Assembly (NCBI GenBank): GCA_002700865.1
Contig: PAFB01000123.1
Span: 1-46,820 of the forward strand
DNA from: Rhodospirillaceae bacterium
Lineage (GTDB): Bacteria > Pseudomonadota > Alphaproteobacteria > UBA7985
Reading direction: 5' to 3'
DNA: 46,820 bases
Under the pieces are notes generated by a model, which was not told where the DNA came from, made no database searches, and saw only the letters and a program-made list of their open reading frames with translations. A program made the position numbers and the translations under genes. This document shows positions 1 through 9,705 of this stretch, piece by piece. Within the stretch, counting starts at the first letter, position 1. Each line of letters starts with the position of its first letter.

Positions 1-1
1 G

Positions 2-448
2 AGCAACCCGCCGGTAAAACTCAAGCGGCTGTCGAACGGCCTTGGACTTGGCTTGCCGAGCTATGAAACAAGCGGGTCAGCAGGAGCGGACATTCAGGCC
101 GCCGTGGACGCGCCCCTGACACTGAAGCCGGGTGAGCGTGGCCTGATCCCAGCGGGGTTCGCGATGGCTTTGCCGCAGGGCTTTGAGGCGCAGGTGCGTC
201 CTCGATCCGGGTTGGCGGTCAAAAACGGCCTGACGGTCCTCAATGCGCCCGGAACCATCGACAGTGACTATCGCGGCGAAGTCATGGTGCCGCTGATCAA
301 CCTCGGGCAGGAGCCTTTCGTGATTGAGCGCGGCATGCGGATCGCTCAAATGGTAATCGCGCCGGTGGTGCAAGGGGCGTTTACCGAGGTTGCGTCACTG
401 GACGACACGGAGCGCGGCACCGGCGGTTTTGGTTCAACCGGGGTTTAA
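2..448 (+). CDS. dut: dUTP diphosphatase (dUTPase), 5' end outside window
   Basis: The reading frame stays open to the window edge (..[27 protein letters not shown]..). dUTPase motifs are present: SAGx[18 protein letters not shown], and a C-terminal RGxGGFGSTG. The track's TTG at 53 is internal to this frame. Confidence 0.9.
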   Translation, partial: SNPPVKLKRLSNGLGLGLPSYETSGSAGADIQAAVDAPLTLKPGERGLIPAGFAMALPQGFEAQVRPRSGLAVKNGLTVLNAPGTIDSDYRGEVMVPLINLGQEPFVIERGMRIAQMVIAPVVQGAFTEVASLDDTERGTGGFGSTGV

Positions 449-454
449 GCAGCA

Positions 455-1195
455 ATGTCGGTCGATAAGCGCCAAGCCGACGATGCCGCCCTCGACGCTT
501 TCAGCGATGAGCAATTGGAGCGCTACGCCCGTCATCTGATCCTGCCGGAAATCGGTCCCCTTCGACAGCGAAGGCTGCAACGGGCACGGGTGGTTCTGGT
601 TGGCATGGGCGGCATTGGCTGTCCTGCCGCACAGGCACTCGCGCACGCCGGGATCGGTCATCTGACGCTGATTGACCCGGATACGGTGGATCTTTCGAAC
701 CTGCCCCGGCAAACGCTGTTTCGAGCTGCCGATGTCGGTCGTCCCAAGGCTATGGTTGCGGCGGAGGTGCTCGAAGACGTCGAACCAGACCTCACCGTCG
801 GCATCAACATCCAACCCCTGCGCCCGCAGAACGCTGGCGCGTTACTGAGTGGGCATGATTTGGTCATCGACGGTTCAGACAACTTTTCAACGCGCCTGGC
901 GGTGTCGCATTGGGCGCAGGCTGAAGGCAAGACGCGGCTGGTTGCTGCGTCAGTGACGGGTACCGAAGGGCAACTGCTGTGTCTGGACGCTGAGACACGC
1001 CGCTACGCCGACCTTTTCCCCGAAGGCCCTCCGCCGGAACAGAACTGCGCAGACGTCGGTGTTCTGGCGACGTCGTCGATGCTCATGGGGCAGATGGCCG
1101 CGCATGCGGCGGTGCAGTGGCTGGCAACTCAGGAGCGCCCCGTGTCTCAGCTGGTTTCGACCTGGCCGCTGCGTATTATGAGACTGGGTGTGTGA
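455..1195 (+). CDS. ThiF/MoeB/HesA-family adenylyltransferase
   Basis: RYxRHLILPEIG followed by the Rossmann loop VVLVGMGGIGCP and DPDTVDLSNLPRQ, typical of E1-like MoeB/ThiF enzymes. Starts 6 nt after the dut stop. Confidence 0.8.
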   Translation: MSVDKRQADDAALDAFSDEQLERYARHLILPEIGPLRQRRLQRARVVLVGMGGIGCPAAQALAHAGIGHLTLIDPDTVDLSNLPRQTLFRAADVGRPKAMVAAEVLEDVEPDLTVGINIQPLRPQNAGALLSGHDLVIDGSDNFSTRLAVSHWAQAEGKTRLVAASVTGTEGQLLCLDAETRRYADLFPEGPPPEQNCADVGVLATSSMLMGQMAAHAAVQWLATQERPVSQLVSTWPLRIMRLGV

Positions 1196-1369
1196 TCAGC
1201 GCCACAATCAACATACACTCGCAATGCGCTTTAACAAATATCGTTAAAACACTTGAAACGAACGATTTTCCACGTAAAACAAGATTCGTTGTCGCGCCAC
1301 GAAATTTTCTGCGTGGAATTCTAAGCGTCAGCTACGTATTTTTGAAGTGTAAAAGCGGGTTTATTTACC

Positions 1370-1936
1370 GTGCAATTCAGTGGTTCTAGTCGAGGGGCTC
1401 GACATTCTACGTCGACCCTTCGACGCCTCACATGGATCTTGTCTCTTTCCCTGGTCGTCATCGGATCTCTGATGGCGCTGACGTCGCGTGCCGAGGCACA
1501 GTATGTTGGCACAGGCCCGGAAACACAGAAGCCACTGCCCCGTTTCGTTTCACTGGCCAAAGACGAGGCCTTCATGCGCCGCGGACCAACGATGCAGCAT
1601 GCCATCGAATGGGTTTACCGCCGCAAAGACTTACCGGTTGAAGTGGTGGCCGAGCACGACAATTGGCGCAAAGTCCGTGATTACGAAGGCACCATCGGTT
1701 GGATGAATCGGGTCGTGCTGGGCAATGAGCGGACTGGAATGGTGTTGGTCGAAGGGGCCAAACTGTTCCGGGCGCCGACGCCAGACGCTCAGGTTGTCGC
1801 GCTGATGGAAGACGGCTTGGTGGGGAAGCTTGATCGGTGTGAGCAGGGCTGGTGCCTCATGCGGATTAACGAAACCAGCGGCTGGATCCCACAGCCTCAA
1901 CTCTATGGCGTGCGTAACGGCGAAGAGTTTCGCTGA
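1370..1936 (+). CDS. Secreted bacterial SH3-like domain protein (COG3807/DUF1058-type)
   Basis: N-terminal signal-like segment (LSLSLVVIGSLMALTSRAEA). Two SH3-like segments follow: PRFVSLAKDEAFMRRGP..PVEVV..WRKVRDYEGTIGWM and a second ending GWCLMRINETSGWI. The GTG start is uncertain. Confidence 0.6.
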   Translation: MQFSGSSRGARHSTSTLRRLTWILSLSLVVIGSLMALTSRAEAQYVGTGPETQKPLPRFVSLAKDEAFMRRGPTMQHAIEWVYRRKDLPVEVVAEHDNWRKVRDYEGTIGWMNRVVLGNERTGMVLVEGAKLFRAPTPDAQVVALMEDGLVGKLDRCEQGWCLMRINETSGWIPQPQLYGVRNGEEFR

Positions 1937-1988
1937 GGGTTAACAAGAGCGAAGAGTTTCGCTGAACAAAAGCGAAGAGTTTCGCTGA
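1920..1988 (+). repeat. Three direct copies of GCGAAGAGTTTCGCTGA, each a 6-bp-stem hairpin (AGCGAA-GAGT-TTCGCT). Copy 1 is the last codons plus stop of the SH3-like gene.
   Basis: Read directly. Copies lie at 1920-1936, 1949-1965 and 1972-1988, spaced 29 and 23 nt. Confidence 0.85.
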
Positions 1989-2049
1989 GTTGTAAAAAAG
2001 ATTTGCTCACTTTAGCGGCTTATGCCCATAAATCTCTCTTGTACGCATT

Positions 2050-2559
2050 ATGTTCTCGTGCGAATTTCCGCGCATGGGCACAGGTGATCATGACTTTCTG
2101 ACCATTTCCGTTGACGATGAAGCGGGAACTGCACGGCTGGCGGCGCAACTCGCGCGCGTGCTGGGGGTTGGTGACGTCGTGTTGTTGCAGGGTACGTTGG
2201 GCGCTGGAAAAACCGCGTTTTGCCGGGCGCTGATCCGCGCGGTTCTCGATGAACCGGAAGCGCTGGTTGCCAGTCCGACCTTTACGTTCAGCCAGATTTA
2301 CAGCGCTGATCATTTGGTCGTGACGCACTTCGATCTTTATCGCATGGGCGAGCCGGAGGAGGTCTTTGACCTTGGCTGGGATGATGCCCGTGCCGAAGGG
2401 GCCGCTTTGGTGGAATGGCCGGACCGGCTGCGGGGTCTGCGCCCGACTGACGCCTTGATACTGGCCATCGACCTTGACGCCGAACGCGAGCAAGCACGGA
2501 CGTTCCGGTTTAGCGGACCGCTGGACTGGGCAAAGCGGCTGGGCGAGGTGCGGTTGTGA
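2050..2559 (+). CDS. tsaE: tRNA t6A37 threonylcarbamoyltransferase complex ATPase subunit TsaE (YjeE)
   Basis: P-loop LQGTLGAGKTAFCRA, then SPTFTF and HFDLYR motifs. Size fits TsaE. The start could instead be the internal ATG at 2074. Confidence 0.85.
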   Translation: MFSCEFPRMGTGDHDFLTISVDDEAGTARLAAQLARVLGVGDVVLLQGTLGAGKTAFCRALIRAVLDEPEALVASPTFTFSQIYSADHLVVTHFDLYRMGEPEEVFDLGWDDARAEGAALVEWPDRLRGLRPTDALILAIDLDAEREQARTFRFSGPLDWAKRLGEVRL

Positions 2560-5500
2560 GTTTACGCGGTCTCTATAACATTCCTTCTTACGCTGACTTT
2601 GGTACCACGCTCGCACGCGGCCTGCTGGAGGCCGATATCGACCTCGCTAACGCGACTATTCTGCTGCCAAACCGGCGCGCAGGGCGAACGCTGCAAACGA
2701 CATTTTTGCGGTTGCGTGAAGGCCAGGCGATGTTGCTGCCCCGCATGGTGCCAATGGGCGATTTGTCCGATGAAGATGCGGTGGGAGAGGCCATAGCAGG
2801 CGGCATTGACGCTGACGCCCTGCCTGACCTTGACCTCGATCTCGCGCCCGGCTGGCCAAAACTGCAGCGCGAGGCGGCTTTGGCTGAGTTGGTTGCCAAA
2901 AAGGACGCGAGCCTGAGCGCTGATCACGTCATGGCACTGGCGCAAGAGCTGGCGCGGCTGATGGATCAGATCGAGACCGAGGGGCTGAGCGCTGAGGGTT
3001 TTGAAACGCTGGTTGAAAAGTCGGAGTTGGCCGATCACTGGCAGAAATCGTTGCTGTTCCTGTCGATATTGTACGAGGTTTGGCCGCAGGTTGAGGCCGA
3101 GGCCGGTCTGATTTCTCCGGCCCTGCGACGTCGTTTGTCGATCGAAAACCAGATCCGGCAATGGGCACTGGCACCGCCAGCGGCCCCCGTCATTGCCGCA
3201 GGTTCCACGGGCTCGATCCCGGCGACCCGCGCCCTGCTGGCAGCGGTGCTGGACTTGCCCCAAGGGGCGGTGGTTTTGCCCGGCATGGACCCGGACTTGA
3301 ACGCGGCGACATGGCGCGAAATTGAGCACGAAATCACCCACCCGCAACACGGCTTCTACGAAGTCCTGCGGGACTGTAACACGACCCCGGATCAGGTGCA
3401 GGTCTGGCCATGGATTGATGAGCAAAATCAGGCACCTAGAACCGAATTGCTGTCCAAGGCCATGCTGCCGGCAGAAATCGCGGCCAGTGCCTCTGACGGC
3501 TGGCGCGCGGGCGTTTCCGGGCTCAGTGTCGCGGCGATCGAGCAGGCCTTTGCTGACGTCACGCTGTATGAAGCTGAGGACGACGATCTGGAAGCCCAAA
3601 CCATCGCGCTGGCTCTCCGACAGGGGTTGGACCGCCCCGCCTTTGTTTCGGCGCTGGTGACGCCAGACCGGGGGCTGGCCGAGCGCGTCAAAGGGCATTT
3701 GCAGCGTTGGGGGATCGAGGCGGATGATTCCGCTGGTTTACGGTTGGAGGATGCGCCAGCGTTCAAATTTGCGCGGATCGTTCTGGACTTGGTCGAAGGT
3801 AAGGTGGATCACTTCGATCTTCTGTCCCTGCTGCATCACCCCTTGTGCCAGTTGGGCTTGAATGAAGGACAGCGGTTACGGGGTCGGATGACGCTTGATC
3901 TGCAGGTTCTGCGCAACACACCTTCAGGCAACGGCTTCACGCCGATGACAAACTGGATCGACGCCAACCCAAAAGTTGAGGGAATTCAACAGGCCTTTGC
4001 GGTTCTGAGCCGGGTCATTGACGCGACTCAAGCCATGCGGCTGGAGGCTGACCGCGCGGAAAACCCGCAAAGTTGGACGGCCTTTGCCTGGCTCATTGCA
4101 CTGGTGGAAGTCATCGAAGCACTGTCACAGCCCCCGGTGGACCCGGAGACGGGCGACGAGCCGGCGGCGACGGTCTGGGCGCAAACCGGTGCTGAAAGTG
4201 TCATTGCGTTTCTGATGGAGTGGGTGGAAACACTGGTCGAGCGCGACGCTGCCACCCAGCCCCTGAGCCTGCCACAGTTCCGCGCCCTGCTCGAACGAGC
4301 CGCCAGCGGTAGAAGCCTTCGCTCGCCGTTCATCGGCCATCCGCGGGTTCTGATTTTGGGCGGTATCGAGGCGCGTTTGACCAGCGTTGACCGGATCATT
4401 CTGGGCGGGCTTAACGAAGGTACCTGGCCGGCTGAGACCCAGCCCGGTCCGTGGATGTCACGCCCCATGAGGCGGCGTTTTGGCCTGCCTGCGGTGGAGC
4501 GTCGGATCGGATTGGCGGCGCATGATTTTTGTCAGGCTTTTGGCCGCTCAGAGGTGATCATGACCCGCGCCGCTTTGGTTGACGGCAGCGCTACCGTGCC
4601 CTCGCGCTTTATCAAGCGCCTCAAGGCCTTTCTGAAGATTGTGGACGCCGGGCATGTCCTTCAGCCCAGCGGCGTGTCGCTCTTGCAGGCCGCGCGCGCG
4701 ATCGACAGTGCGGCCAAGATTAAGCCAGCACGTCGCCCGCGCCCCAAGCCCCCGCTGTCCGCCCGTCCCCGGTCATTTGCCGTCACTGACGTCGAGCGCT
4801 GGCGTGCAAACCCTTTCGAGTTCTACGCCAAACACACCCTACGCCTGCGGCCTTTGCGCCCCTTGGGTGGTCAGGTTGATGCCGCGGTGCGCGGCACCAT
4901 CATTCATGATGCGCTCGAAGCCGTGCTGAAAGCCAACCCCGGCGCGCTGGGGCCTGACTTCGCCGAGACGGTCTATGACGCGCTCTTCAACCGGTTTCAG
5001 GCGAGCGGTTTGCCGGATCCCCAGCTGGCTCTATGGCGGCCAAGGCTGCGTAAGGCGGCGGCTTGGTTTGCCGAGACTGAAGCGCGCTTCCGCGCTCTGG
5101 ATCGGGAGCCGACGGCGCTGGAGGACAAGGCTGAATACAGCTTCGACGTTGGAAGTGAGCGCTACACCCTGCGCTGCCGGGCCGACCGCATCGACCGCAC
5201 CCCAGAAAACGACCTCGTGGTTGTGGATTACAAAAGCGGCGCTGTTCCTTCCGGGGCTGACGTCACCTCCGGCGATAAACCGCAACTCGCGCTCGAAGCC
5301 GCCTTGATCGGCAAAGGCGCGTTTCCAAAGGTCAGCGGCGGTCTGACTGTGGCCGGACTGGAATACTGGCAGATCAACGGGCGTGACGAGGGCGGTTCGA
5401 TTGAGTTCCGGCCGCGCAAGGACACGTCCGCAGAAAAAATTGCGGCCTTGGTGGATCAGACATGGGACGATCTGCGCGCGCTGATCGCGGCCTATCAGGA

Positions 5501-5597
5501 CGAAAACCGGCCTTTCATGGCGCGTGTTGTCCGAAAGAGTGATTACATCGAGCTGGCCCGACAGGACGAGTGGGAAGGGGGTGACTTTGACGACTGA
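2556..5597 (+). CDS. addB: Double-strand break repair protein AddB (alphaproteobacterial type, C-terminal PD-(D/E)XK nuclease)
   Basis: About 1000 aa and immediately upstream of addA. C-terminal nuclease motif RADRIDR..LVVVDYKSG. The GTG start overlaps the tsaE stop (GTGA). Confidence 0.85.
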   Translation: MSLRGLYNIPSYADFGTTLARGLLEADIDLANATILLPNRRAGRTLQTTFLRLREGQAMLLPRMVPMGDLSDEDAVGEAIAGGIDADALPDLDLDLAPGWPKLQREAALAELVAKKDASLSADHVMALAQELARLMDQIETEGLSAEGFETLVEKSELADHWQKSLLFLSILYEVWPQVEAEAGLISPALRRRLSIENQIRQWALAPPAAPVIAAGSTGSIPATRALLAAVLDLPQGAVVLPGMDPDLNAATWREIEHEITHPQHGFYEVLRDCNTTPDQVQVWPWIDEQNQAPRTELLSKAMLPAEIAASASDGWRAGVSGLSVAAIEQAFADVTLYEAEDDDLEAQTIALALRQGLDRPAFVSALVTPDRGLAERVKGHLQRWGIEADDSAGLRLEDAPAFKFARIVLDLVEGKVDHFDLLSLLHHPLCQLGLNEGQRLRGRMTLDLQVLRNTPSGNGFTPMTNWIDANPKVEGIQQAFAVLSRVIDATQAMRLEADRAENPQSWTAFAWLIALVEVIEALSQPPVDPETGDEPAATVWAQTGAESVIAFLMEWVETLVERDAATQPLSLPQFRALLERAASGRSLRSPFIGHPRVLILGGIEARLTSVDRIILGGLNEGTWPAETQPGPWMSRPMRRRFGLPAVERRIGLAAHDFCQAFGRSEVIMTRAALVDGSATVPSRFIKRLKAFLKIVDAGHVLQPSGVSLLQAARAIDSAAKIKPARRPRPKPPLSARPRSFAVTDVERWRANPFEFYAKHTLRLRPLRPLGGQVDAAVRGTIIHDALEAVLKANPGALGPDFAETVYDALFNRFQASGLPDPQLALWRPRLRKAAAWFAETEARFRALDREPTALEDKAEYSFDVGSERYTLRCRADRIDRTPENDLVVVDYKSGAVPSGADVTSGDKPQLALEAALIGKGAFPKVSGGLTVAGLEYWQINGRDEGGSIEFRPRKDTSAEKIAALVDQTWDDLRALIAAYQDENRPFMARVVRKSDYIELARQDEWEGGDFDD

Positions 5598-8500
5598 CCC
5601 AACCACCACGTCCGGTTGGCTGTGGGACGATGACATTGACGGCATCGCCCCTGCGCCGAACCTGCTCAAGGCCACCCACGACCAGCGCGACGCCGCTAAT
5701 CCGGAAGCCACTGCCTGGGTCGCAGCGTCCGCGGGCACGGGAAAAACCCGAGTTCTGACCAACCGTTTGCTGGCCCTGCTGCTGGAAGGGGCAGAGCCGC
5801 GTGAAATTCTGGCGCTGACCTTCACCAAAGCCGCCGCTGCCGAAATGGCCGATCGGGTCAGTGAGGCGCTGGAAGCGTGGGTGACACTGAGCGAAGCCGA
5901 TTTGCGGGCTGCGCTGTTCCGGCTGGCGGGTGCGCACCCCACGGATGATCAACTGGCACTCGCCCGTCGCCTGTTTGCCAAGGTGCTGGAAGCCCCCGGT
6001 GGCCTCAACATTCAGACCATTCACGCCTTCGCGCAAAGCCTGCTGGGGCGATTTCCAGTCGAAGCCGGCGTGCAGCCCGAGTTCAAAGTGCTGGAAGAAA
6101 GGGAAGCGACGGCTCTGCTCGAAACCACGGTTGATCGATTTTTGGTTGGCTTGATCGCCCGCGAGGAGCCGGCCATCTCAAACGTGTTTGAAGTGCTGGG
6201 TGAAGACACTTTTCGCGATGTTCTTTCCGGTCTCGTGCGCGAACGGGGCCGCTTGCATCGCTTGCTTGGCCCCAACAAGCAACCGGCGAAACAGGTCTTG
6301 GAACCCCTCGCGGCACGGCTCGGGGTGGAGACGGGTTCGACGACTGAGGGTTTAAAGCGGGCTGTGATCCATGCAGACGGCATTCCGGGTGATCTGCGCG
6401 CAGCGTTTCAAGCCTATGCAGAGTGGGCGCAGTCGAAAGGCGTGGCCGTCAACAGAAATAACCGCGTGATGTTCACGGCCATCGACTGGCTTGCACAAGC
6501 TCGCGCCGAAGACCGCCTGGCCACTTTGAAGGACTACAGTTTACTGTTCCTGACCGGCGCAGGTGGCAAGCGGGATCTGGCACGCCTGGTGACGCAGAAG
6601 TTCCATGGCGGAGCCGCCGAAAGCCTGGAGCGACTGCAGCAGGAACAGGACCGGGTCTACACGCTGATGCATGGGATCAAGGCTTTGGAGCAGATGGCGG
6701 TTTCCGAGGCCCTGCTCGACACGGCTGGTGTGGTTGTGGACACCTACGACACGGCCAAACGGGCGATCAGTCGGGTGGATTTCGACGACTTGATCCTGAA
6801 GACGATCGACCTGCTGACGGCTGAGGACGGCGCGGGGCTGTGGGTGGCTTATAAGCTGGATCAGGGCTTGTGCCATGTTCTGGTTGACGAGGCGCAGGAT
6901 ACCAACCCAGACCAGTGGGCCATTGTGCGGGGTCTGACCGATGCCTTTTACGACGGTACGGACCCGGACTATGAGCGACCAAGAACGACCTTTGTCGTGG
7001 GTGATTTGAAGCAGTCCATCTATGGCTTTCAGCGCGCAGATCCGAAGGTGTTTCAGGCCATGCGCAGCGCGTTTCGGACCGATGTGGATCGCGCAGGGCA
7101 GCACTGGATCGACCCAGTGCTTAACGTCACATTCCGGTCCTCCAAACCGGTTCTGGACGCGGTGAATACCGTGTTTGGCCATGGCGAGAATGCCCGTGGA
7201 CTGACCTTTGACGATGAAAGTTGGCCCGTGCACCTGACGGGCAGGCCCGGGGCAGGCGGTTTGGTTGAGGTTTGGGACCGGGTCAAAGCGCCCCCCAAGG
7301 ACAAAGACGCACCCCATGTCCCGGTGAGGCCCGACGACGATTTGGACGAGGACGACCGACCGGAAGTTGAGCTGGCAAAACTGCTGGGTGAACGGATTAG
7401 CCTCTGGACGGCGGGCACGGCGACCGGTCCGGGACAGCCCGGATGGCTGGATAACCATGACCGACCAATGCGCGCCGAAGACATTCTGGTGCTGGTCCGC
7501 TCGCGCTCTGGTCCGTTCATCAACACCTTGACCTATACCCTGAAAAAGAAGGGTGTGGACGTTGCTGGCGCAGACCGGCTGAAGCTGCAAGAGCAGCTGG
7601 TCATCAAGGACTTGCTGTGCCTGACGGAATACCTGCTACAACCCCGTGCCGACCTGTCCCTTGCAACGGTTCTACGCAGTCCCCTGTGCGGCTTCAGCTC
7701 GGACCAACTCTATGAACTGGCGCACCGACGGGCGGAGGGAGAAACGCTGGAAACAGCACTGGCTAAGGCCGCTCAGAACGGTCTGGCAATTGCGCAGGAA
7801 GCTCGGAGCCTGTTCCAGACGCTGCGCAACCGGTTAGCGTCAACACCCTATGGCTTTTACAGCTATTTGCTGACTCGGCTGGGGGCAGGTCGGCGCTTTG
7901 CGGAGCGCTTGGGACCGCAAGCGGGCGACGCCCTGAAGGAATTCCTGAGGGCCGCTCTTGCCTACGAGCGAGCAAACACCCCGACCATTCCCGGATTTCT
8001 AGGCTGGCTTTCAAAGGCGGAAATCGAGGTTAAGCGGGAGCAGGAAGGGGCCAATGGTGGTGTCAGGATCATGACCGTCCATGGCTCCAAAGGACTGGAA
8101 GCCCCGGTCGTCATTCTGCCCCATACGCACCGCCGCATGGACGACATTGCCCGCGATCGACTGCGCTGGTTCGATACGGACGACGCGCCTGTGCCCCTGC
8201 CTTACTGGAAGCCCTCGTCGGAGGATTCGCCGTTTCAGACGATGGAGTTGGAGGCGCTGGATAAGGCCAAGGCTGAGCAGGAAGAACGACGTCTGCTTTA
8301 CGTCGCCATGACCCGCGCCGAGGAGCGGCTGTTCATTTGTGGCTGGCAACCCCGCCGGGCAAAGGACGAAAGTGAAGCGCTGGTCTCTTGGTACGATATT
8401 GTGCTGGACGCCATGAAGGCCTCTGATGCTGTCGAAGTCCTCACCCCGGGCGAAGACGATGTCGCCACTCCACTCTATCGGCTGTACAGCGCCCCGGAGA

Positions 8501-9291
8501 AACCTGACCGCGTGCCAAAAAGTGGCTCGGGCGACGCGGCGGCTGCAACTGCAAAGGCAACCTCGACAACGGTGCCCGCGGCTGCTGGTACGGCAGACTC
8601 GGCCGCGCAACAGAGTGCGCTCAAGGATTTGCTGGCTCCGATCTCCGAAGAACCCTCGCCGCCGCGACCCTTTACCCCCAGCCAGATGCTTGAGGAACCG
8701 GCATCGCCCTCACCCTTGGCTTCGCTGCGTGCTTTGGCAGGGCAGGGCGTGGGCAGGCGTGGGCATGTATCGTCTTCGCCGTTCTTTCGCGGAAATGTGC
8801 TCCACGGCCTGCTACAGCGGTTGCCGGAAGTGCCTGAGGCTGACCGCGAAGCCGCAACACAGCGGTTCCTCAGCCGTCCCTCATTTGGCTTGATGCCGCG
8901 TCAGATTGAGGCTTGGGGACAGGAAGCTCTGGCCATTGTCAACGATCCCGCTTTTGCCGATCTGTTCAGCACGCGGAGTCGGGCAGAGGTCGCCGTAACC
9001 GGTCTTGTTGGCGAATTGGTGGTCTCAGGCCAAATCGACCGCTTGGTTGAGCGTGATAAAGATGTATGGGTGGTCGACTATAAATCAAACCGCCCCCCGC
9101 CCAGCGACCCTGCTCACGTGCCAGAGAGCTATCGTGCGCAGCTGGCAGCTTATAAAGCGGTCTTGGGGGGCTTGTATCCAGACAAGGCAATCCGCACCTT
9201 CCTGTTATGGACTGAGACCCCGCATCTGATGGAGATTGCTGTGAATGCAGCAGACCTGCCAGTTTTGGCAAAATCGTCCGGCAGCGATTGA
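5581..9291 (+). CDS. addA: Double-strand break repair helicase-nuclease AddA (UvrD/Rep superfamily 1 helicase plus C-terminal nuclease)
   Basis: Walker A ASAGTGKT, DEAQDT, TVHGSKGLEAPVV and YVAMTRA helicase motifs. C-terminal nuclease motif GQIDRL..WVVDYKSN. I prefer the GTG at 5581, which follows GGGAAGGGGG and overlaps the addB stop. The track's ATG at 5524 would overlap addB by 74 nt. Confidence 0.9.
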   Translation: MTLTTDPTTTSGWLWDDDIDGIAPAPNLLKATHDQRDAANPEATAWVAASAGTGKTRVLTNRLLALLLEGAEPREILALTFTKAAAAEMADRVSEALEAWVTLSEADLRAALFRLAGAHPTDDQLALARRLFAKVLEAPGGLNIQTIHAFAQSLLGRFPVEAGVQPEFKVLEEREATALLETTVDRFLVGLIAREEPAISNVFEVLGEDTFRDVLSGLVRERGRLHRLLGPNKQPAKQVLEPLAARLGVETGSTTEGLKRAVIHADGIPGDLRAAFQAYAEWAQSKGVAVNRNNRVMFTAIDWLAQARAEDRLATLKDYSLLFLTGAGGKRDLARLVTQKFHGGAAESLERLQQEQDRVYTLMHGIKALEQMAVSEALLDTAGVVVDTYDTAKRAISRVDFDDLILKTIDLLTAEDGAGLWVAYKLDQGLCHVLVDEAQDTNPDQWAIVRGLTDAFYDGTDPDYERPRTTFVVGDLKQSIYGFQRADPKVFQAMRSAFRTDVDRAGQHWIDPVLNVTFRSSKPVLDAVNTVFGHGENARGLTFDDESWPVHLTGRPGAGGLVEVWDRVKAPPKDKDAPHVPVRPDDDLDEDDRPEVELAKLLGERISLWTAGTATGPGQPGWLDNHDRPMRAEDILVLVRSRSGPFINTLTYTLKKKGVDVAGADRLKLQEQLVIKDLLCLTEYLLQPRADLSLATVLRSPLCGFSSDQLYELAHRRAEGETLETALAKAAQNGLAIAQEARSLFQTLRNRLASTPYGFYSYLLTRLGAGRRFAERLGPQAGDALKEFLRAALAYERANTPTIPGFLGWLSKAEIEVKREQEGANGGVRIMTVHGSKGLEAPVVILPHTHRRMDDIARDRLRWFDTDDAPVPLPYWKPSSEDSPFQTMELEALDKAKAEQEERRLLYVAMTRAEERLFICGWQPRRAKDESEALVSWYDIVLDAMKASDAVEVLTPGEDDVATPLYRLYSAPEKPDRVPKSGSGDAAAATAKATSTTVPAAAGTADSAAQQSALKDLLAPISEEPSPPRPFTPSQMLEEPASPSPLASLRALAGQGVGRRGHVSSSPFFRGNVLHGLLQRLPEVPEADREAATQRFLSRPSFGLMPRQIEAWGQEALAIVNDPAFADLFSTRSRAEVAVTGLVGELVVSGQIDRLVERDKDVWVVDYKSNRPPPSDPAHVPESYRAQLAAYKAVLGGLYPDKAIRTFLLWTETPHLMEIAVNAADLPVLAKSSGSD

Positions 9292-9384
9292 CGTTGGCGG
9301 GGTGCTGACTTTAGGGTCGGGTCAAGATTAAATGTTATACGCCCCGACGCTATCGGGGCTCGTATTGGTGAAAGGAGCCTGATC

Positions 9385-9705
9385 ATGGCCGTTGTTGAAG
9401 TTACTGATGCCACTTTCCAGTCTGAGGTTGTTGCCTCGGAAAAGCCCGTGCTGGTGGATTGCTGGGCTGACTGGTGCATGCCATGCAAGGCGATTGCCCC
9501 TTCGCTGGACCAGCTTTCCAACGAAATGGCGGATCAGATCACCATCACCAAGCTGAACGTCGATCAGAATCAGGCAACTGCGCAGGGGCTGAACGTCCGC
9601 AACCTGCCAACGCTCATGATCTTCAAGGGCGGCGCACCCGTGGCAATGCTCGCCGGGGCACAGCCGAAGTCCTCGATCAAATCGTGGATCGAGCGCAATA
9701 TCTGA
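9385..9705 (+). CDS. trxA: Thioredoxin
   Basis: 106 aa with thioredoxin fold motifs (VLVDCWADWC-x-PCK, ..NLPTLMIFKGG). GGAG lies upstream of the ATG. The active site reads CMPC rather than the usual CGPC. Confidence 0.9.
   Translation: MAVVEVTDATFQSEVVASEKPVLVDCWADWCMPCKAIAPSLDQLSNEMADQITITKLNVDQNQATAQGLNVRNLPTLMIFKGGAPVAMLAGAQPKSSIKSWIERNI

Noticed and set aside
1268-1319. Imperfect inverted repeat TTCCACGTAAAA ... TTTTCTGCGTGGAA upstream of the SH3-like gene
   Set aside because: It is real in the sequence, but it has mismatches and a long spacer in an AT-rich promoter region. There is not enough evidence to call an operator or RNA element.
2562-3698. 378-aa minus-strand ORF, plus similar long antisense ORFs at 6541-7590, 5031-5942 and 42770-43777
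   Set aside because: All lie opposite strongly supported genes (addB, addA, phnE). Their composition is Arg/Pro/Gly-biased with no family signatures.
9292-9384. Hairpin GCCCCGA-CGCTA-TCGGGGC between addA and trxA as a terminator
   Set aside because: The stem is real, but there is no U-tract and it sits just upstream of the trxA RBS. I could not distinguish a terminator from a 5'-UTR structure, so it is not called.
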